In this document: in pieces, positions 37,839 to 48,399 of the stretch
Layout: each line of letters opens with the position of its first letter
Position numbering within the stretch: position 1 is the stretch's first letter
Source of the DNA: Candidatus Thorarchaeota archaeon
Lineage (GTDB): Archaea > Asgardarchaeota > Thorarchaeia > Thorarchaeales > Thorarchaeaceae
Direction of reading: 5' to 3'
Assembly (NCBI GenBank): GCA_029855935.1
Contig: JAGSHN010000025.1
Span: 1-64,000, forward strand
Length of the DNA: 64,000 nucleotides
Notes under the pieces: generated by a model
Database searches by the model: none
Told to the model about the DNA's origin: nothing
Seen by the model: only the letters and a program-made list of their open reading frames with translations
Made by a program: the position numbers and the translations under genes

Positions 37839-40025
37839 ATGAGCGAGCGAAAGGTGAGGCTCAAGGTCGCGGCGGCGATGCCGCGTGATCAGGGCAGATT
37901 TGTTGTGAGACTCAACGGAGAAGTCAGAAAAAAGCTGGGAATCAGTTCGGGAGACTACGTGCTACTCAAAGGCGCAAAGGAGACCGTAGCCGTCTGCTGG
38001 CCAGCCCTCCCTGAGGACGAGGTTCTCGAGATAGTGAGAATGGACGGTCTCATCCGTCAGAACGCAGGTGTCAAGCTCGGCGAGATGGTGGAGATCAGCC
38101 CAATCAATGTTCCGGAGGGCACCAGGGTTGTCCTCGCACCCAGCCAGCCAGTGAGGTTCCAGCGCGGCTTCGAGGAGTACGTCAAGCATCAGATAATGAA
38201 CAAGCCTGTCACGAGGGGGGACATCATAATGATTGCCTCTATCGGGCAGGGTCTGCAGTTCACGGTGACCGCAGCAGCACCAAGCAAGCATGTCAGGATT
38301 GGTCCTAAGACGACTGTCGAGGTGCTGACCAAACCAGCAAGGCCCGAGGAGGTTGCCGTCCCGCAGGTGACCTACGAGGACATTGGTGGCCTCGGGAAAG
38401 AGCTGCAGAAGATTCGCGAGATGATCGAGCTTCCCATGAAGAGCCCCGAGCTGTTCAAGAGGCTGGGGATAACTCCTCCAAAGGGAGTGCTGCTGTACGG
38501 CCCGCCAGGCACAGGCAAGACTCTGATAGCCAAGGCTGTTGCCAACGAGTCAGGTGCGACGTTCAAGGCGATCAATGGCCCAGAGATAATGTCCAAGTTC
38601 TACGGGGAGTCCGAGCAGAAGCTCCGCGAGGTGTTCGAGGAGGCTGAGAAGAACGCGCCAAGTATCATCTTCATTGATGAGCTCGACAGCATAGCGCCAA
38701 AGCGGGCTGAGGTAACTGGCGAGGTCGAGCGCAGAGTGGTTGCGCAGCTTCTGTCACTGATGGATGGACTTGCTGCTCGTGGCCAGGTCATCGTCATCGG
38801 CGCGACGAATCGACCTGACGATGTCGATGAGGCACTGAGACGTCCCGGTAGGTTCGACAGAGAGATCGAGATTCCAGTGCCCGACAAGAAAGGTCGCTTG
38901 GAGATCCTGCAGATTCACACAAGGTCTATGCCCCTGGAGGAGGGGCTGGATCTTGAGAAGCTGGCGGCACGGACACACGGCTTCGTCGGTGCAGACCTGG
39001 CCGCACTTGCGCGAGAGGCAGCAATGCAGGCCCTCAGGCGCGCACTGCCATATGTGGACCCTGAGACAGGCGACATCCCACCCGATGTGCTGAGCAATCT
39101 CTACGTCACAGAAGAGGACTTCGAGAAGGCACTTGCGGAGGTATCTCCGTCAGCGCTGCGCGAGGTCTTGGTTGAGAAGCCGAATGTCCACTGGGACGAT
39201 GTCGGTGGTCTGAAGAAGGTCAAGGAGCAGCTACGTGAGGCCGTCGAGGCGCCCCTGAAGTATCCCCACGTCTTCGAGCAGATGGGCATACGTCCGCCCA
39301 AGGGAGTCCTGCTCTTCGGTCCGCCTGGTACGGGCAAGACCCTCCTTGCAAAGGCGGTGGCAACGGAGAGCGAGGCGAACTTCATCTCAATCAGAGGACC
39401 CGAGATATTCAACAAGTACGTCGGTGAGTCTGAGAAAGCCATCCGGGAGATATTCAAGAAGGCGCGTCAGACAGCCCCGTGCGTACTGTTCTTCGACGAG
39501 ATAGACGCCATAATGAGCGCCCGTGGCCTCCGCGACGAGACCGGTGTCACACAGCGCATCGTGAACCAGTTTCTTGCGGAGCTGGACGGGATGCAGGCTC
39601 TGCGTAACGTACTCGTCATAGGTGCCACCAATAGGGCAGACATTCTTGACCCGGCAGTGCTACGGCCCGGCAGGTTCGACACGATAGTCTTCGTGCCTCC
39701 TCCCGACAGAGATGCAAGGGTGGAGATCCTCAAGGTTCACACGAGGAACATGCCCCTGGCCGATGATGTCGACCTCGCTGCGATCGCCGACAAGACAGAG
39801 GGCTTCTCCGGGGCGGACCTTGAGAACCTGTGCCGTGAGGCAGCAATGGCTGCCGTCAGGACCGACTGGAAGGTCAAGCCCGTACGGATGGAGCACTTTG
39901 AGATGGCCCTGAAGGAGGTGCGACCCAGCATCTCGCCAGAGGACATGAAGAGGTTTGAGGCGATGGCAGAGGTTGTCCTGAAACGGGACACGGGCCGGAA
40001 GGCAGAGCCCGCTGCGTACGTATGA
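37839..40025 (+). CDS. cdc48: CDC48/VCP family AAA+ ATPase
   Basis: N-domain plus two AAA modules (GPPGTGKT twice, FIDELD/FFDEID, RPGRFD); C-terminal AYV HbYX-type motif. Confidence 0.97.
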   Translation: MSERKVRLKVAAAMPRDQGRFVVRLNGEVRKKLGISSGDYVLLKGAKETVAVCWPALPEDEVLEIVRMDGLIRQNAGVKLGEMVEISPINVPEGTRVVLAPSQPVRFQRGFEEYVKHQIMNKPVTRGDIIMIASIGQGLQFTVTAAAPSKHVRIGPKTTVEVLTKPARPEEVAVPQVTYEDIGGLGKELQKIREMIELPMKSPELFKRLGITPPKGVLLYGPPGTGKTLIAKAVANESGATFKAINGPEIMSKFYGESEQKLREVFEEAEKNAPSIIFIDELDSIAPKRAEVTGEVERRVVAQLLSLMDGLAARGQVIVIGATNRPDDVDEALRRPGRFDREIEIPVPDKKGRLEILQIHTRSMPLEEGLDLEKLAARTHGFVGADLAALAREAAMQALRRALPYVDPETGDIPPDVLSNLYVTEEDFEKALAEVSPSALREVLVEKPNVHWDDVGGLKKVKEQLREAVEAPLKYPHVFEQMGIRPPKGVLLFGPPGTGKTLLAKAVATESEANFISIRGPEIFNKYVGESEKAIREIFKKARQTAPCVLFFDEIDAIMSARGLRDETGVTQRIVNQFLAELDGMQALRNVLVIGATNRADILDPAVLRPGRFDTIVFVPPPDRDARVEILKVHTRNMPLADDVDLAAIADKTEGFSGADLENLCREAAMAAVRTDWKVKPVRMEHFEMALKEVRPSISPEDMKRFEAMAEVVLKRDTGRKAEPAAYV

Positions 40026-40189
40026 ACGGACGGGTCTCAGCCTGAAGACTAGGAGGAAATGCCAGCGGCGAGAACGGCCGTTGGCCCCTCCCCATCTTCC
40101 TCTCTTTTTCCCACGCATTCCCTCTCCGGGTGAGATGAAATATCCCTATAAGGGAGAGTTCTAGTCGCTACAGTGCACGGTACTAGGGA

Positions 40190-42871
40190 GTGACACTGGC
40201 TATGAGTCTCCGATGGGTCGTCAACCTCTGTCCGTTCCTCCACTTCGAGAACTCCGGTGTGAAGGACTACGAACACAATGTGAGCATTGCCTCTTGGAAC
40301 CTGAAGAGTTTTCTCGACTTTCTAGACGCGGACGAGTCGCACAGATTCTGCGTGGGTCAGGTCACACTTCTTGAGGGGTTCAAGAGGCTATTCCCCAACT
40401 ACTGGGACAAACTACACGAGGCCGTCCTCAAGGGACGTGTGGAGATTGTCGGCGGAGCCTACGTGATGCCAGACTTTGTCATCCCTGATGGAGAGTCCAT
40501 CGTGAGGCAGTTCCAGTACGGGCTGAGATTCATCCGCGAGGAGCTCGGGGTCGATGTCCGCACAGGTTGGGCAATAGACTCATCCGGCCAGTGCTCGCAG
40601 CTCCCTCAGATTCTCAGGCAGTGCGGTATTGATACCTTGTTTTTCTGGAGAGGCATGCCCCATGATGCGCCAACAGAATTCGTCTGGAAGGGCCTCGACA
40701 AGAGCAGAGTGAACGCTGTCTGGCTCGCAGCAGGATACGACCTCGCAGCGTGGCTCTCCGAGAACATCCGAGAGGCCTTCTCGACCTTGCTTGACATCAT
40801 CGAGAGGCTCGGTCCGCGTGCAGCCTCTCATAATCTGTTCGTCCCCGTCGGGGGAGCCCTCGTGCCACCGCCGCCTCATCTTGTGGATATTGTTCGAGAG
40901 TGGAACCGCGCATTCGCAGATATGCGAGCCGTCGTGGTAACGCCACGGGAGTTCGCAGACAAGGTACGCTCAGTTCAGTCCAAGCTATCAACGATTGCGG
41001 GGCCACTGATCAGCGGCCGGTTTGCCCCGGTCCGACTGGGCGGACTGAGCTCGCGAGTCCGGCTGAAGATTCTCAATCGCAGGCTTGAAACTCTGCTCTA
41101 CCTTGTCGAGCTGTATCTAGCCCTCAGCCAAGACAGGTCAAGAGCCACCGAGCTTGACAGCCTCTGGAAGATCCTTCTGTTCAATCAGGACCACAACATC
41201 ATCAGAGGTGTCATTGCGGACGGCCCTTATCAGCAGGCCCTGCGACGCTACGAACAAGCCATCAGTCAGGCGGAAGAGATCCTGGCAGACGCTGTCCCAA
41301 GGGCTGTCTCCGGACTGGTGGAGGGCGACGAGGGACTTTCAATAGTCGTCACCAACCCGGTGGGGTGGTCAAGAGATGGCATCGTCCGGGTGGAGATTGA
41401 CAAGTCTGCGATGGAATGTGACATCTTTCAGATAGTGGACTCCAGGGGCGTGTCGGTACCATATCAGATAGCCAACAGCAGAGATGACGGTACAGTGGAG
41501 GTCATCTTTGTCGCGTCTGGAGTGCCGAGTCTAGGTCACGAGGTCTTCACTGTCGCCCCCTGTGAGGAGGGACCCGAGTTCGAGACGTCAATCAAGACTG
41601 GTCCTAACTGGGTCGAGAACGACCGTTATGTGATAGAGTTTGACACATTCAGTGGGGCAGTGACACGCATTCTTGACAAGTGCAATCAGTTCGAGGTGCT
41701 GAGGGGACCCGGCAACTACATCCTCCTTGAGAACGACGTTGGTGATCTCTATCGCTACGACCGGAGCGACCTCGCACCGAGTCATCACGACCTGACCAGT
41801 CTCCGGACATCAGGCAATATCGAGATTGTCGAGAGCGGTCCTGTGAGAGCGGTCGTCAAGGTGACAGGTAAGGTCGGCCAGTGCACGAGAACCCAACTGG
41901 TCACAGTGTATCACGGTATCGACAGGATAGATTTCGAGACCACGATAGACTTCGATGGGCAGGACCAGAGAGTCTCGGTGGAGTTCCCGCTGACGGTGTT
42001 CACAGACAGGGTCACAGTGGGTGCACCCTTTGCCGCTGAGTCGAGAAACACCGGGGGCAACGACAGTGACTGGAGCGAGCCTAATGGTGGTGTGTTCCCA
42101 GCGCTGGACTGGGTGGATTGCACTGGCCCAGAGTATGGTGTGACCCTCATCGTGTTTGGACTTCACGAGTTCTCTTTCAGAGATGGTGTTCTGAAGATGA
42201 CTCTATTTCGCAGCGTGGACCATCTATCTCGTGGTCTTGATGACGAGGTCGTGGAGACAGACCTGAGCAGGGAGAGAGGGAGTCACAGGTTCACCTATTC
42301 ACTGCGACCACACGCCGGCGACTGGCGCGAGAGTCAGACGTGGCGGGCGGCAACGGAACACAGGCTCCCTCTAATTGCAGTTCTCAGGACAGGTCATTTG
42401 CGCTCAGGCGGTGAGCCGCTCTCTATGCTGACAATCTCTGGGGTGGATCTCGTTGTCTCCAGCATCCGTCCCGGCAACCGAGACGATGAGATTCTCCTAC
42501 GACTGTACGAGCCCGCAGGCGAAGATGGCGTGACAAGGCTGACGTTTGCAAGACCAGTCGATAGTGCGGTGTTGGTCGACTTCAGGGACCACGACATAGG
42601 TGAGCTACCTGTGGACGATTCGACTGTAACTGTGCCTGTCGATGGGTACTCCATCATAACGCTGAGAGTCAAATTGAAGAGCGCCCCACCCGCGACAATG
42701 AGGAGAGGCGAAATGACCTTCGAGGCAGGAACTGAAACGCACGCCGAGGAAACTGCCGCGAAGGAAACAGCTGGGGATGAGCGGACAGCAGAAGAAACCG
42801 AAGTGGCAAAAGAAACTGGGTCGTCCGAGGAAGATACTGGGCCAACACCAGAGCACACTGGGACGGGTTAG
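40190..42871 (+). CDS. GH38 alpha-mannosidase-like protein
   Basis: GRVEIVGGAYVMPD...DGESIVRQF, GWAIDSSG, EFVWKGLD, NPVGWSR, LRLYE; acidic low-complexity tail. Confidence 0.85.
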   Translation: MTLAMSLRWVVNLCPFLHFENSGVKDYEHNVSIASWNLKSFLDFLDADESHRFCVGQVTLLEGFKRLFPNYWDKLHEAVLKGRVEIVGGAYVMPDFVIPDGESIVRQFQYGLRFIREELGVDVRTGWAIDSSGQCSQLPQILRQCGIDTLFFWRGMPHDAPTEFVWKGLDKSRVNAVWLAAGYDLAAWLSENIREAFSTLLDIIERLGPRAASHNLFVPVGGALVPPPPHLVDIVREWNRAFADMRAVVVTPREFADKVRSVQSKLSTIAGPLISGRFAPVRLGGLSSRVRLKILNRRLETLLYLVELYLALSQDRSRATELDSLWKILLFNQDHNIIRGVIADGPYQQALRRYEQAISQAEEILADAVPRAVSGLVEGDEGLSIVVTNPVGWSRDGIVRVEIDKSAMECDIFQIVDSRGVSVPYQIANSRDDGTVEVIFVASGVPSLGHEVFTVAPCEEGPEFETSIKTGPNWVENDRYVIEFDTFSGAVTRILDKCNQFEVLRGPGNYILLENDVGDLYRYDRSDLAPSHHDLTSLRTSGNIEIVESGPVRAVVKVTGKVGQCTRTQLVTVYHGIDRIDFETTIDFDGQDQRVSVEFPLTVFTDRVTVGAPFAAESRNTGGNDSDWSEPNGGVFPALDWVDCTGPEYGVTLIVFGLHEFSFRDGVLKMTLFRSVDHLSRGLDDEVVETDLSRERGSHRFTYSLRPHAGDWRESQTWRAATEHRLPLIAVLRTGHLRSGGEPLSMLTISGVDLVVSSIRPGNRDDEILLRLYEPAGEDGVTRLTFARPVDSAVLVDFRDHDIGELPVDDSTVTVPVDGYSIITLRVKLKSAPPATMRRGEMTFEAGTETHAEETAAKETAGDERTAEETEVAKETGSSEEDTGPTPEHTGTG

Positions 42872-43343
42872 TCTCAGCTGTCACGGTTCCCGGTGGGCAT
42901 ATGTCACAACTCCGGCCTATCCAGAAATGGGAACATTGATGGTACTTGACTACGGACCCCCGACCTTAGACGGAAGGATTCGTTGGACCCAGCTCTCCAA
43001 CGCGTGGCAGGTTCCTGAGAACGGGCAGGGCTACGTTGGCGTGACCCGCCAGTTCGAGATCATCAGTGGAAGACTTCCTGGAGATACCCAGGTACTGCTC
43101 TCACCGGTCCGGCTGTCGCGGATGGTATTGTGACCATAGCGGTGCTTGTGACCACGACACGAAAAACCATGCCAAGGTGACGAGGCAGCTCTGGGCAGTG
43201 ACCTTATTGAGCACGGCCACACGGGCGGCACTTGACCCAAGATGCGAATGCCACGAAATGCGACTGGTGGGGGATGCTCCGGAGTTGTCCCAGATACGCT
43301 TTTGAGGTGATGTTGTCGACAGATATCTCCCAGCAAAGGGCAC

Positions 43344-44258
43344 TTGGAGGACCAAAACGTGAGTGACTTCTATCCTATCTCGCCCCTCATCGGGATCACC
43401 AACACGAGTTATGCTGCCCAGGCCGGAGTGATGGATGACAAGTGGGCCGTGAGGGTCGTCAGAGGCAAGAAAGTCATTGCAGAGAAGACCATCAACTCAC
43501 TTGACCTTGAGAGTGTGGTGGGAGTGATCTACGGCCACGCGCGGATAGAGGGTCTGAGCAGACATTCTGTGGCAATGACGGCAGGCAGGCTGATGCAGTA
43601 CGCACGAAGATACCAGCAGTCCGGGGTCTGTCCCAACTTCGAGGTCCCTGACCTTGTGCATCTTGATGGGACCACACATAGTGCGCCACATGACGAGACT
43701 CCGCAGACCGTGACTGCCCCTGGGGCAGGCAGCACACCGAATTCGGCGGCGGTCGACGAGAGCAGAACCGCACAGCAGGAGATCTCACTTGAGAAGCTGG
43801 GCACTGTTCCCGAGCTCTCGACGCCGGGCCTGAAGGATCTGTGGAGGTCGTGCGTAGAGGCACGCGCGCACGCGATTCTGGCTATGGCTCTATACGGCGC
43901 CTCGCTCCCTGAGGGCCACACTGCCGCGCTATTCGACATGGCCGTCGAGAATATCGTATGGGACTGGAGCAGGAGCGGTGACGCGGCCGAGATGATACGA
44001 CGATTCGCATCGTTCATTCAGAGCTGCTCAGGAGAGAGCCAGATTCCCGTCACGAAGGGGGCACGGACTATCGAAACAGGCACGTGCGAACTTCTTCGCA
44101 TGGCACGGGAGCTCGACCCAGAGGCGCAGCGCATACCAGCCGGCTATCCCTGCAAGTTCCACGAAGCACTGGCTCGACGCGTCAGCGAGATAACTGGCGT
44201 CAAGATACTCGTCAACGCATCATCAACAGGATGCAAAGTGACGTTTATGGTGGAGTAA
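43344..44258 (+). CDS. Hypothetical two-domain protein (C-terminal Cys-containing, V4R-like pattern)
   Basis: Two globular regions joined by an A/P/T linker; GTCELL...YPCKFH...TGCKV. Confidence 0.6.
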   Translation: MEDQNVSDFYPISPLIGITNTSYAAQAGVMDDKWAVRVVRGKKVIAEKTINSLDLESVVGVIYGHARIEGLSRHSVAMTAGRLMQYARRYQQSGVCPNFEVPDLVHLDGTTHSAPHDETPQTVTAPGAGSTPNSAAVDESRTAQQEISLEKLGTVPELSTPGLKDLWRSCVEARAHAILAMALYGASLPEGHTAALFDMAVENIVWDWSRSGDAAEMIRRFASFIQSCSGESQIPVTKGARTIETGTCELLRMARELDPEAQRIPAGYPCKFHEALARRVSEITGVKILVNASSTGCKVTFMVE

Positions 44259-44355
44259 CAGGAGGACGTCGCCGACAATCTTAAATCAATCGGACAGGTT
44301 CAATCACAGAACAGACAGGTCTCAAAGAGACCGCCACAAATGGGAGATTGACCAT

Positions 44356-44631
44356 ATGGCGTACCTCACGTGGAGAGAACACGTTCGCTCAGGGCCGGTG
44401 TGCCTTGGGATTCTTCTTGTCATAGCGGGCGCAGTGATTGCGATTCTGCCCAGAATGGAGACATATCTTCTGGGACCACAGTCCGTACTCTACGGCGCAA
44501 TCATAGCCGTCATCGGGCTGATAATTCTAGTCTCAGGGTTCTTCTTCACCAAGAAGAAGCGTGACTCTGTCCTCGGGCCGGTTGACACCAAGCAGGAGGA
44601 CGTACCTCCGCCGCCACCGCCTCCGGACTGA
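44356..44631 (+). CDS. Small two-TM protein with C-terminal polyproline
   Basis: Two hydrophobic helices, KKKR stop-transfer, terminal VPPPPPPPD. Confidence 0.75.
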   Translation: MAYLTWREHVRSGPVCLGILLVIAGAVIAILPRMETYLLGPQSVLYGAIIAVIGLIILVSGFFFTKKKRDSVLGPVDTKQEDVPPPPPPPD

Positions 44632-44677
44632 GAGCACGGCTGTAGCAGTAGCCGCGACACAACAATGACAATGAGAG

Positions 44678-44728
44678 AGGACCTGGGGCGAGCACGCTTG
44701 CCCCGAGGGTTCTCCCACTTCTCTTTTT
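44678..44728 (+). terminator. Hairpin plus T-tract, terminator-like
   Basis: GAGGACC-T-GGGGCGAGC-AC-GCTTGCCCC-GAG-GGTTCTC followed by CCACTTCTCTTTTT. Confidence 0.45.
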
Positions 44729-44918
44729 GGCTGCACGATCAGCTGTTCTCGTGATAGTTAGGAATCCGGGCCCCATCACGGGTCAGTCCCCAGACTGGTA
44801 TGTCCAAAAGACTCCCACAGGCAGCTGGCGTGCTCAGCCGTCCGAAACACGGGCAAATCTAATATGCGACGAAGACGTGCAGATAGAACACCGAAACGAT
44901 TCAGGATGGTATCACGGT

Positions 44919-45209
44919 ATGACTGTTCTTGAATATCGCGACAGCAAGTTTCACGAGTGCAAGGGCGAACCAACGACCCCGATCACTCTGAAGGTCGACG
45001 AGTCGCAGAAGAAACTCATTCTCACCGTACCGAACGGTGTGAGTATGATTGAGCGTCGTGCAGCAGAGAGGAACGCCCGTGCCATCCAAAAGACGGGCTT
45101 CCAGACGGAGAGGCGGGGAAGCATTGGCAGGGGCTACGAGCTGGTGATTGAGGGTCACGGTGGGTCGCTGCCGGACAGGCTGACCCGTTCGCCGAGAGAG
45201 GTCTACTAG
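44919..45209 (+). CDS. Small protein, possible divergent single gelsolin-like domain
   Basis: Start ATG 44919; VDESQKKLIL...RRAAERNARAI aligns ungapped with the gelsolin domain of 48894-49865. Confidence 0.55.
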   Translation: MTVLEYRDSKFHECKGEPTTPITLKVDESQKKLILTVPNGVSMIERRAAERNARAIQKTGFQTERRGSIGRGYELVIEGHGGSLPDRLTRSPREVY

Positions 45210-45286
45210 GCAGTTCATCCTGACGAGCGATAGCCGTTCAGGCCCGTCGTGAGAGTACCCGCAGGCTCAATGGAGTGTGATGGGAA

Positions 45287-47071
45287 GTGGCAGATGAAGG
45301 TGTGAGGCGACTCATTGAGGAGGCGACGAAGGAGTCACTCAATCAGTCGTTTATCGAGGCTGGAAGAAAGTACATAGCTGCAGCTGAGCAGCTGGAACAG
45401 CAGGGCAACCACGAGGAGGCAGAGCGCACGTATCGAAAGGCGGCCGAGGCCTACGAACAGGCCGCGAACAAGTATCGCAGCTCCAAGTCATACAAGAACG
45501 CCGCGCTGAACATGTGTCTCGCCGGTGACATCTATGCAGATCTGGCTGACTCTGACAGGGCAATCCGGGCATATGCCACCGCTGCCGAGGATCTGCTTGC
45601 GGCCTCTGGCGAATACCTGATGTGGGGCGAGGAGTCCGAAACCCGGAAGGGGACCGCTCTTGCAGTCACAGCGAGCATGATCTATCTGATGATTGGAATG
45701 GACGACAAGGCCTTCCAGAGCGCGAGAGTCTTTGCCTCCCAGAACGCGTCGAAGCTTAGATTCCCCGCGACCATTAGACTGAGCCAGATCCCCCAGATGC
45801 TCGAGGGCGCAATTCACAGCGTAGACATCCAGTCATTCAGCTCTGCGGAGAACGCGATAGTCACAGAACTGAAGGCGGCACTGAACAATGCGAATGCACA
45901 GGACTTCATCAAGTACGTTGACAAGGGACTGGAGATGGCGCGCGAGATACTGCGCGGCCAGCTGAAGATGCCAAAGATACGCGCCTCGCTCGACCTGCCC
46001 GTCGATGTGACATTCAAAGAGGAGTTCCCGCTCCGTGCAGTGATTCAGAACGTTGGTGATGGTGACGCACACAGGCTGAAGGCCGAGTGGGTGCTCGACG
46101 AGGGCCTTGTCTTGGTGAGAGGAGATCGGACGCAGAGCGTCGAGAAGCTCCCACCCGACCGGGAGATTGTGATGGAGATTGGGGTCAAGTGCGCAGACCC
46201 CAACCTTGAGGGAGTGCGAGAGTACCAGGTGCTTCTCCGCGGAACGTACGCTGACATGCTCAGCACAGAGTACACTCTGCAGGCGGGACCCGCATCACTC
46301 GTCGTCCGGGACTTCAAGGTGACAGAGAAGCTGCAACACGATGCAGACGTGACTGAGGGACGCATCAGCCTGTTGAGGTCGACCGTGGAGGCGGGTGACC
46401 TCGAGACCGAACCGCTGCTGAGAATAGTCGACAGTCTTGTAGAGTCGCTCAAGAGTGCAAGGGTACAGATACAGCAGGGTGAGCTCGATGAGGCGAAGGC
46501 CAAGATAGCGTTGATCAACAAGATGGTGGATACCGTCGACTCGACTGTCGGCGACGATGCTCTCGTTCAGCGGCTCAAGGTGGAACGCGAGAGGGCCAAG
46601 AGAGAGTTCGCCTCGCAGACAGTGAACACTCTCGAACAGGGCGTCACGAATGCGCTTGAGCGCACTCTCGGAAGGATACAGGCGGAGACTACAGCAGCAC
46701 TGAATCGCTGGGACCAGAGAGCCAGTGGCATCAAGGACGCGGCTGAGGCACTGCACGGTCTCCGGACTGCTCTCTCCGACATAGTGGCCGAGCTGGACCA
46801 GCTCTATCAGCAGCTTCCGACTGCGTCATCAACAGACGACCCGCAGGAGGCGGCGCGAAGAACAAAGGCAAGGAACGTGATCGAGCAGATTCGCAGCAGG
46901 GTCGCAGAGGTGCGTTCGAAGATAGAGACCATAGCGTCCTCGAGTACCTTCCAGCCCGGAACACGGCCGGATGTGCCCGAGGAGGTAAGATTGGCAAAGG
47001 ACCTTGTGGAGGAGCTCAGGCGCGACCTGGTGACGCTATTTCAGGGGAAGAAGAGCGAACTCACCAGATGA
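45287..47071 (+). CDS. alpha-SNAP/TPR-like N-domain plus Ig/CARDB-like domain plus helical coiled-coil
   Basis: AAEAYEQAANKYRSSKSYKNAALNMCLAGDIY; FPLRAVIQNVGDGDA; C-terminal amphipathic helices. Confidence 0.6.
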   Translation: MADEGVRRLIEEATKESLNQSFIEAGRKYIAAAEQLEQQGNHEEAERTYRKAAEAYEQAANKYRSSKSYKNAALNMCLAGDIYADLADSDRAIRAYATAAEDLLAASGEYLMWGEESETRKGTALAVTASMIYLMIGMDDKAFQSARVFASQNASKLRFPATIRLSQIPQMLEGAIHSVDIQSFSSAENAIVTELKAALNNANAQDFIKYVDKGLEMAREILRGQLKMPKIRASLDLPVDVTFKEEFPLRAVIQNVGDGDAHRLKAEWVLDEGLVLVRGDRTQSVEKLPPDREIVMEIGVKCADPNLEGVREYQVLLRGTYADMLSTEYTLQAGPASLVVRDFKVTEKLQHDADVTEGRISLLRSTVEAGDLETEPLLRIVDSLVESLKSARVQIQQGELDEAKAKIALINKMVDTVDSTVGDDALVQRLKVERERAKREFASQTVNTLEQGVTNALERTLGRIQAETTAALNRWDQRASGIKDAAEALHGLRTALSDIVAELDQLYQQLPTASSTDDPQEAARRTKARNVIEQIRSRVAEVRSKIETIASSSTFQPGTRPDVPEEVRLAKDLVEELRRDLVTLFQGKKSELTR

Positions 47072-47078
47072 GGGAGTC

Positions 47079-48284
47079 TCACGTCCTCTTCTTCTCCATG
47101 AACTCCTCCAGCCTGTCCATCGCCTCGGATATTGTTTCAGGCGGTGGGAGGAAGACGCTTCTAAAGTGCGAGGCCCCATAGACCGGACAGAATCCGGAGC
47201 CAGGGACAAACACGACACCCGTGCTGTTCAGCACATCGAGGACGAACTCTGTGTCGTCCTTCCATCGTCCTTGCAGGTCAATCTTTGGCATGATGTAGAA
47301 TGCAGCCTGCGGAAGTCTAGTGGATATCGAGTCAATCTCATTCAGGCGCCGATAGATTAGGTCCCTTCTCTCCCGGAGCCTTCGCATCATCTCCTTCAGG
47401 TGGGAGCCTCTGCTCTTCAATGCTGCCGCGGCAGCGTACTGCGCTGGAGCATTCACGCATATCCTGACACGTGCCTGTCGAATCATGGCATCATGTATAG
47501 GATTGAGCTCACCGTCCTGGTCGTGGAAATAGATGTAGCCCACACGCCAGCCTGGGGCGAGATAGACCTTTGATATCCCGTTGAAACCAATGACAGGAAC
47601 ATCCTTGGCGACACGGGCTGTAGGCGTCTGAGGCCTGTCGAATGTAAGCTGGTCGTAGATCTCGTCCGTTATGAGAGGCAGGTCGAACTCACCAGCGATG
47701 TTGACTATCTCTCGAATCGTCTTCTCCTCATAGACGGCACCAGTTGGATTGTTGGGGTTAATCACAAGCAGGGCGACGGTCTTGTCAGTTATCTTGCTGC
47801 GCAGGTCGTCGGTGTCCGGGCTCCAGTCCTCCTCCTCGATTGTGCGGTAGGTGATCGGCTTGCCGCCAAAGAATGAAACAAAGGAGAGATATGGAGGGTA
47901 GGCAGGCCCCGGAAGAAGGAACTCGGCTCCGTCCCGAACTAGTGCTCCGGCGAGGAATTGGATGGCCTCTGAAACTCCCGCAGTGACGATTATCCTCTCA
48001 GCATCGATGTCTATCCCATTGACACGACGCTCCTTTTCGATAGCAGCCTCCTTCAGCTCAGGAATGCCGTCCGACGGAGAATAGAAGCTGGCACCTTGTC
48101 TCGCTGCCTCACACAGAGCATCCACCATCAGATCTGGTGTCTTCCAGTCGTACTTCAACGGATCACCGATGTTGAGGTAGAGTGGACGTGTCCCTGTTCT
48201 CTTCTCGTACTGCCGCGCAGCTACAACGATGTCCCGGATAGCGTATCTGAGATTCTTTGCACGTTCGGTTATTGCCGCCTTCAT
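47079..48284 (-). CDS. PLP-dependent aminotransferase class I/II (AlaA-like alanine aminotransferase)
   Basis: YAIRD, LNIGDP, INPNNPTGAVY, DEIYD, NGISKVYLAPGWRVG. Confidence 0.92.
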   Translation of the reverse strand: MKAAITERAKNLRYAIRDIVVAARQYEKRTGTRPLYLNIGDPLKYDWKTPDLMVDALCEAARQGASFYSPSDGIPELKEAAIEKERRVNGIDIDAERIIVTAGVSEAIQFLAGALVRDGAEFLLPGPAYPPYLSFVSFFGGKPITYRTIEEEDWSPDTDDLRSKITDKTVALLVINPNNPTGAVYEEKTIREIVNIAGEFDLPLITDEIYDQLTFDRPQTPTARVAKDVPVIGFNGISKVYLAPGWRVGYIYFHDQDGELNPIHDAMIRQARVRICVNAPAQYAAAAALKSRGSHLKEMMRRLRERRDLIYRRLNEIDSISTRLPQAAFYIMPKIDLQGRWKDDTEFVLDVLNSTGVVFVPGSGFCPVYGASHFRSVFLPPPETISEAMDRLEEFMEKKRT

Positions 48285-48399
48285 TGCTCGGGTACCCGGT
48301 CGGCCACCCGGCACACGCAGTATATCTTATTATCGGAATGCGAGACCGACCTACTGAGGAGGTTGCAGTTGGCCCTGATATACCGACCAGCGGGCAAGA

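Noticed and set aside
42872-43343. Possible ncRNA or gene in the 470-bp spacer
   Set aside because: I recognised no tRNA, SRP or RNase P features and no convincing ORF.
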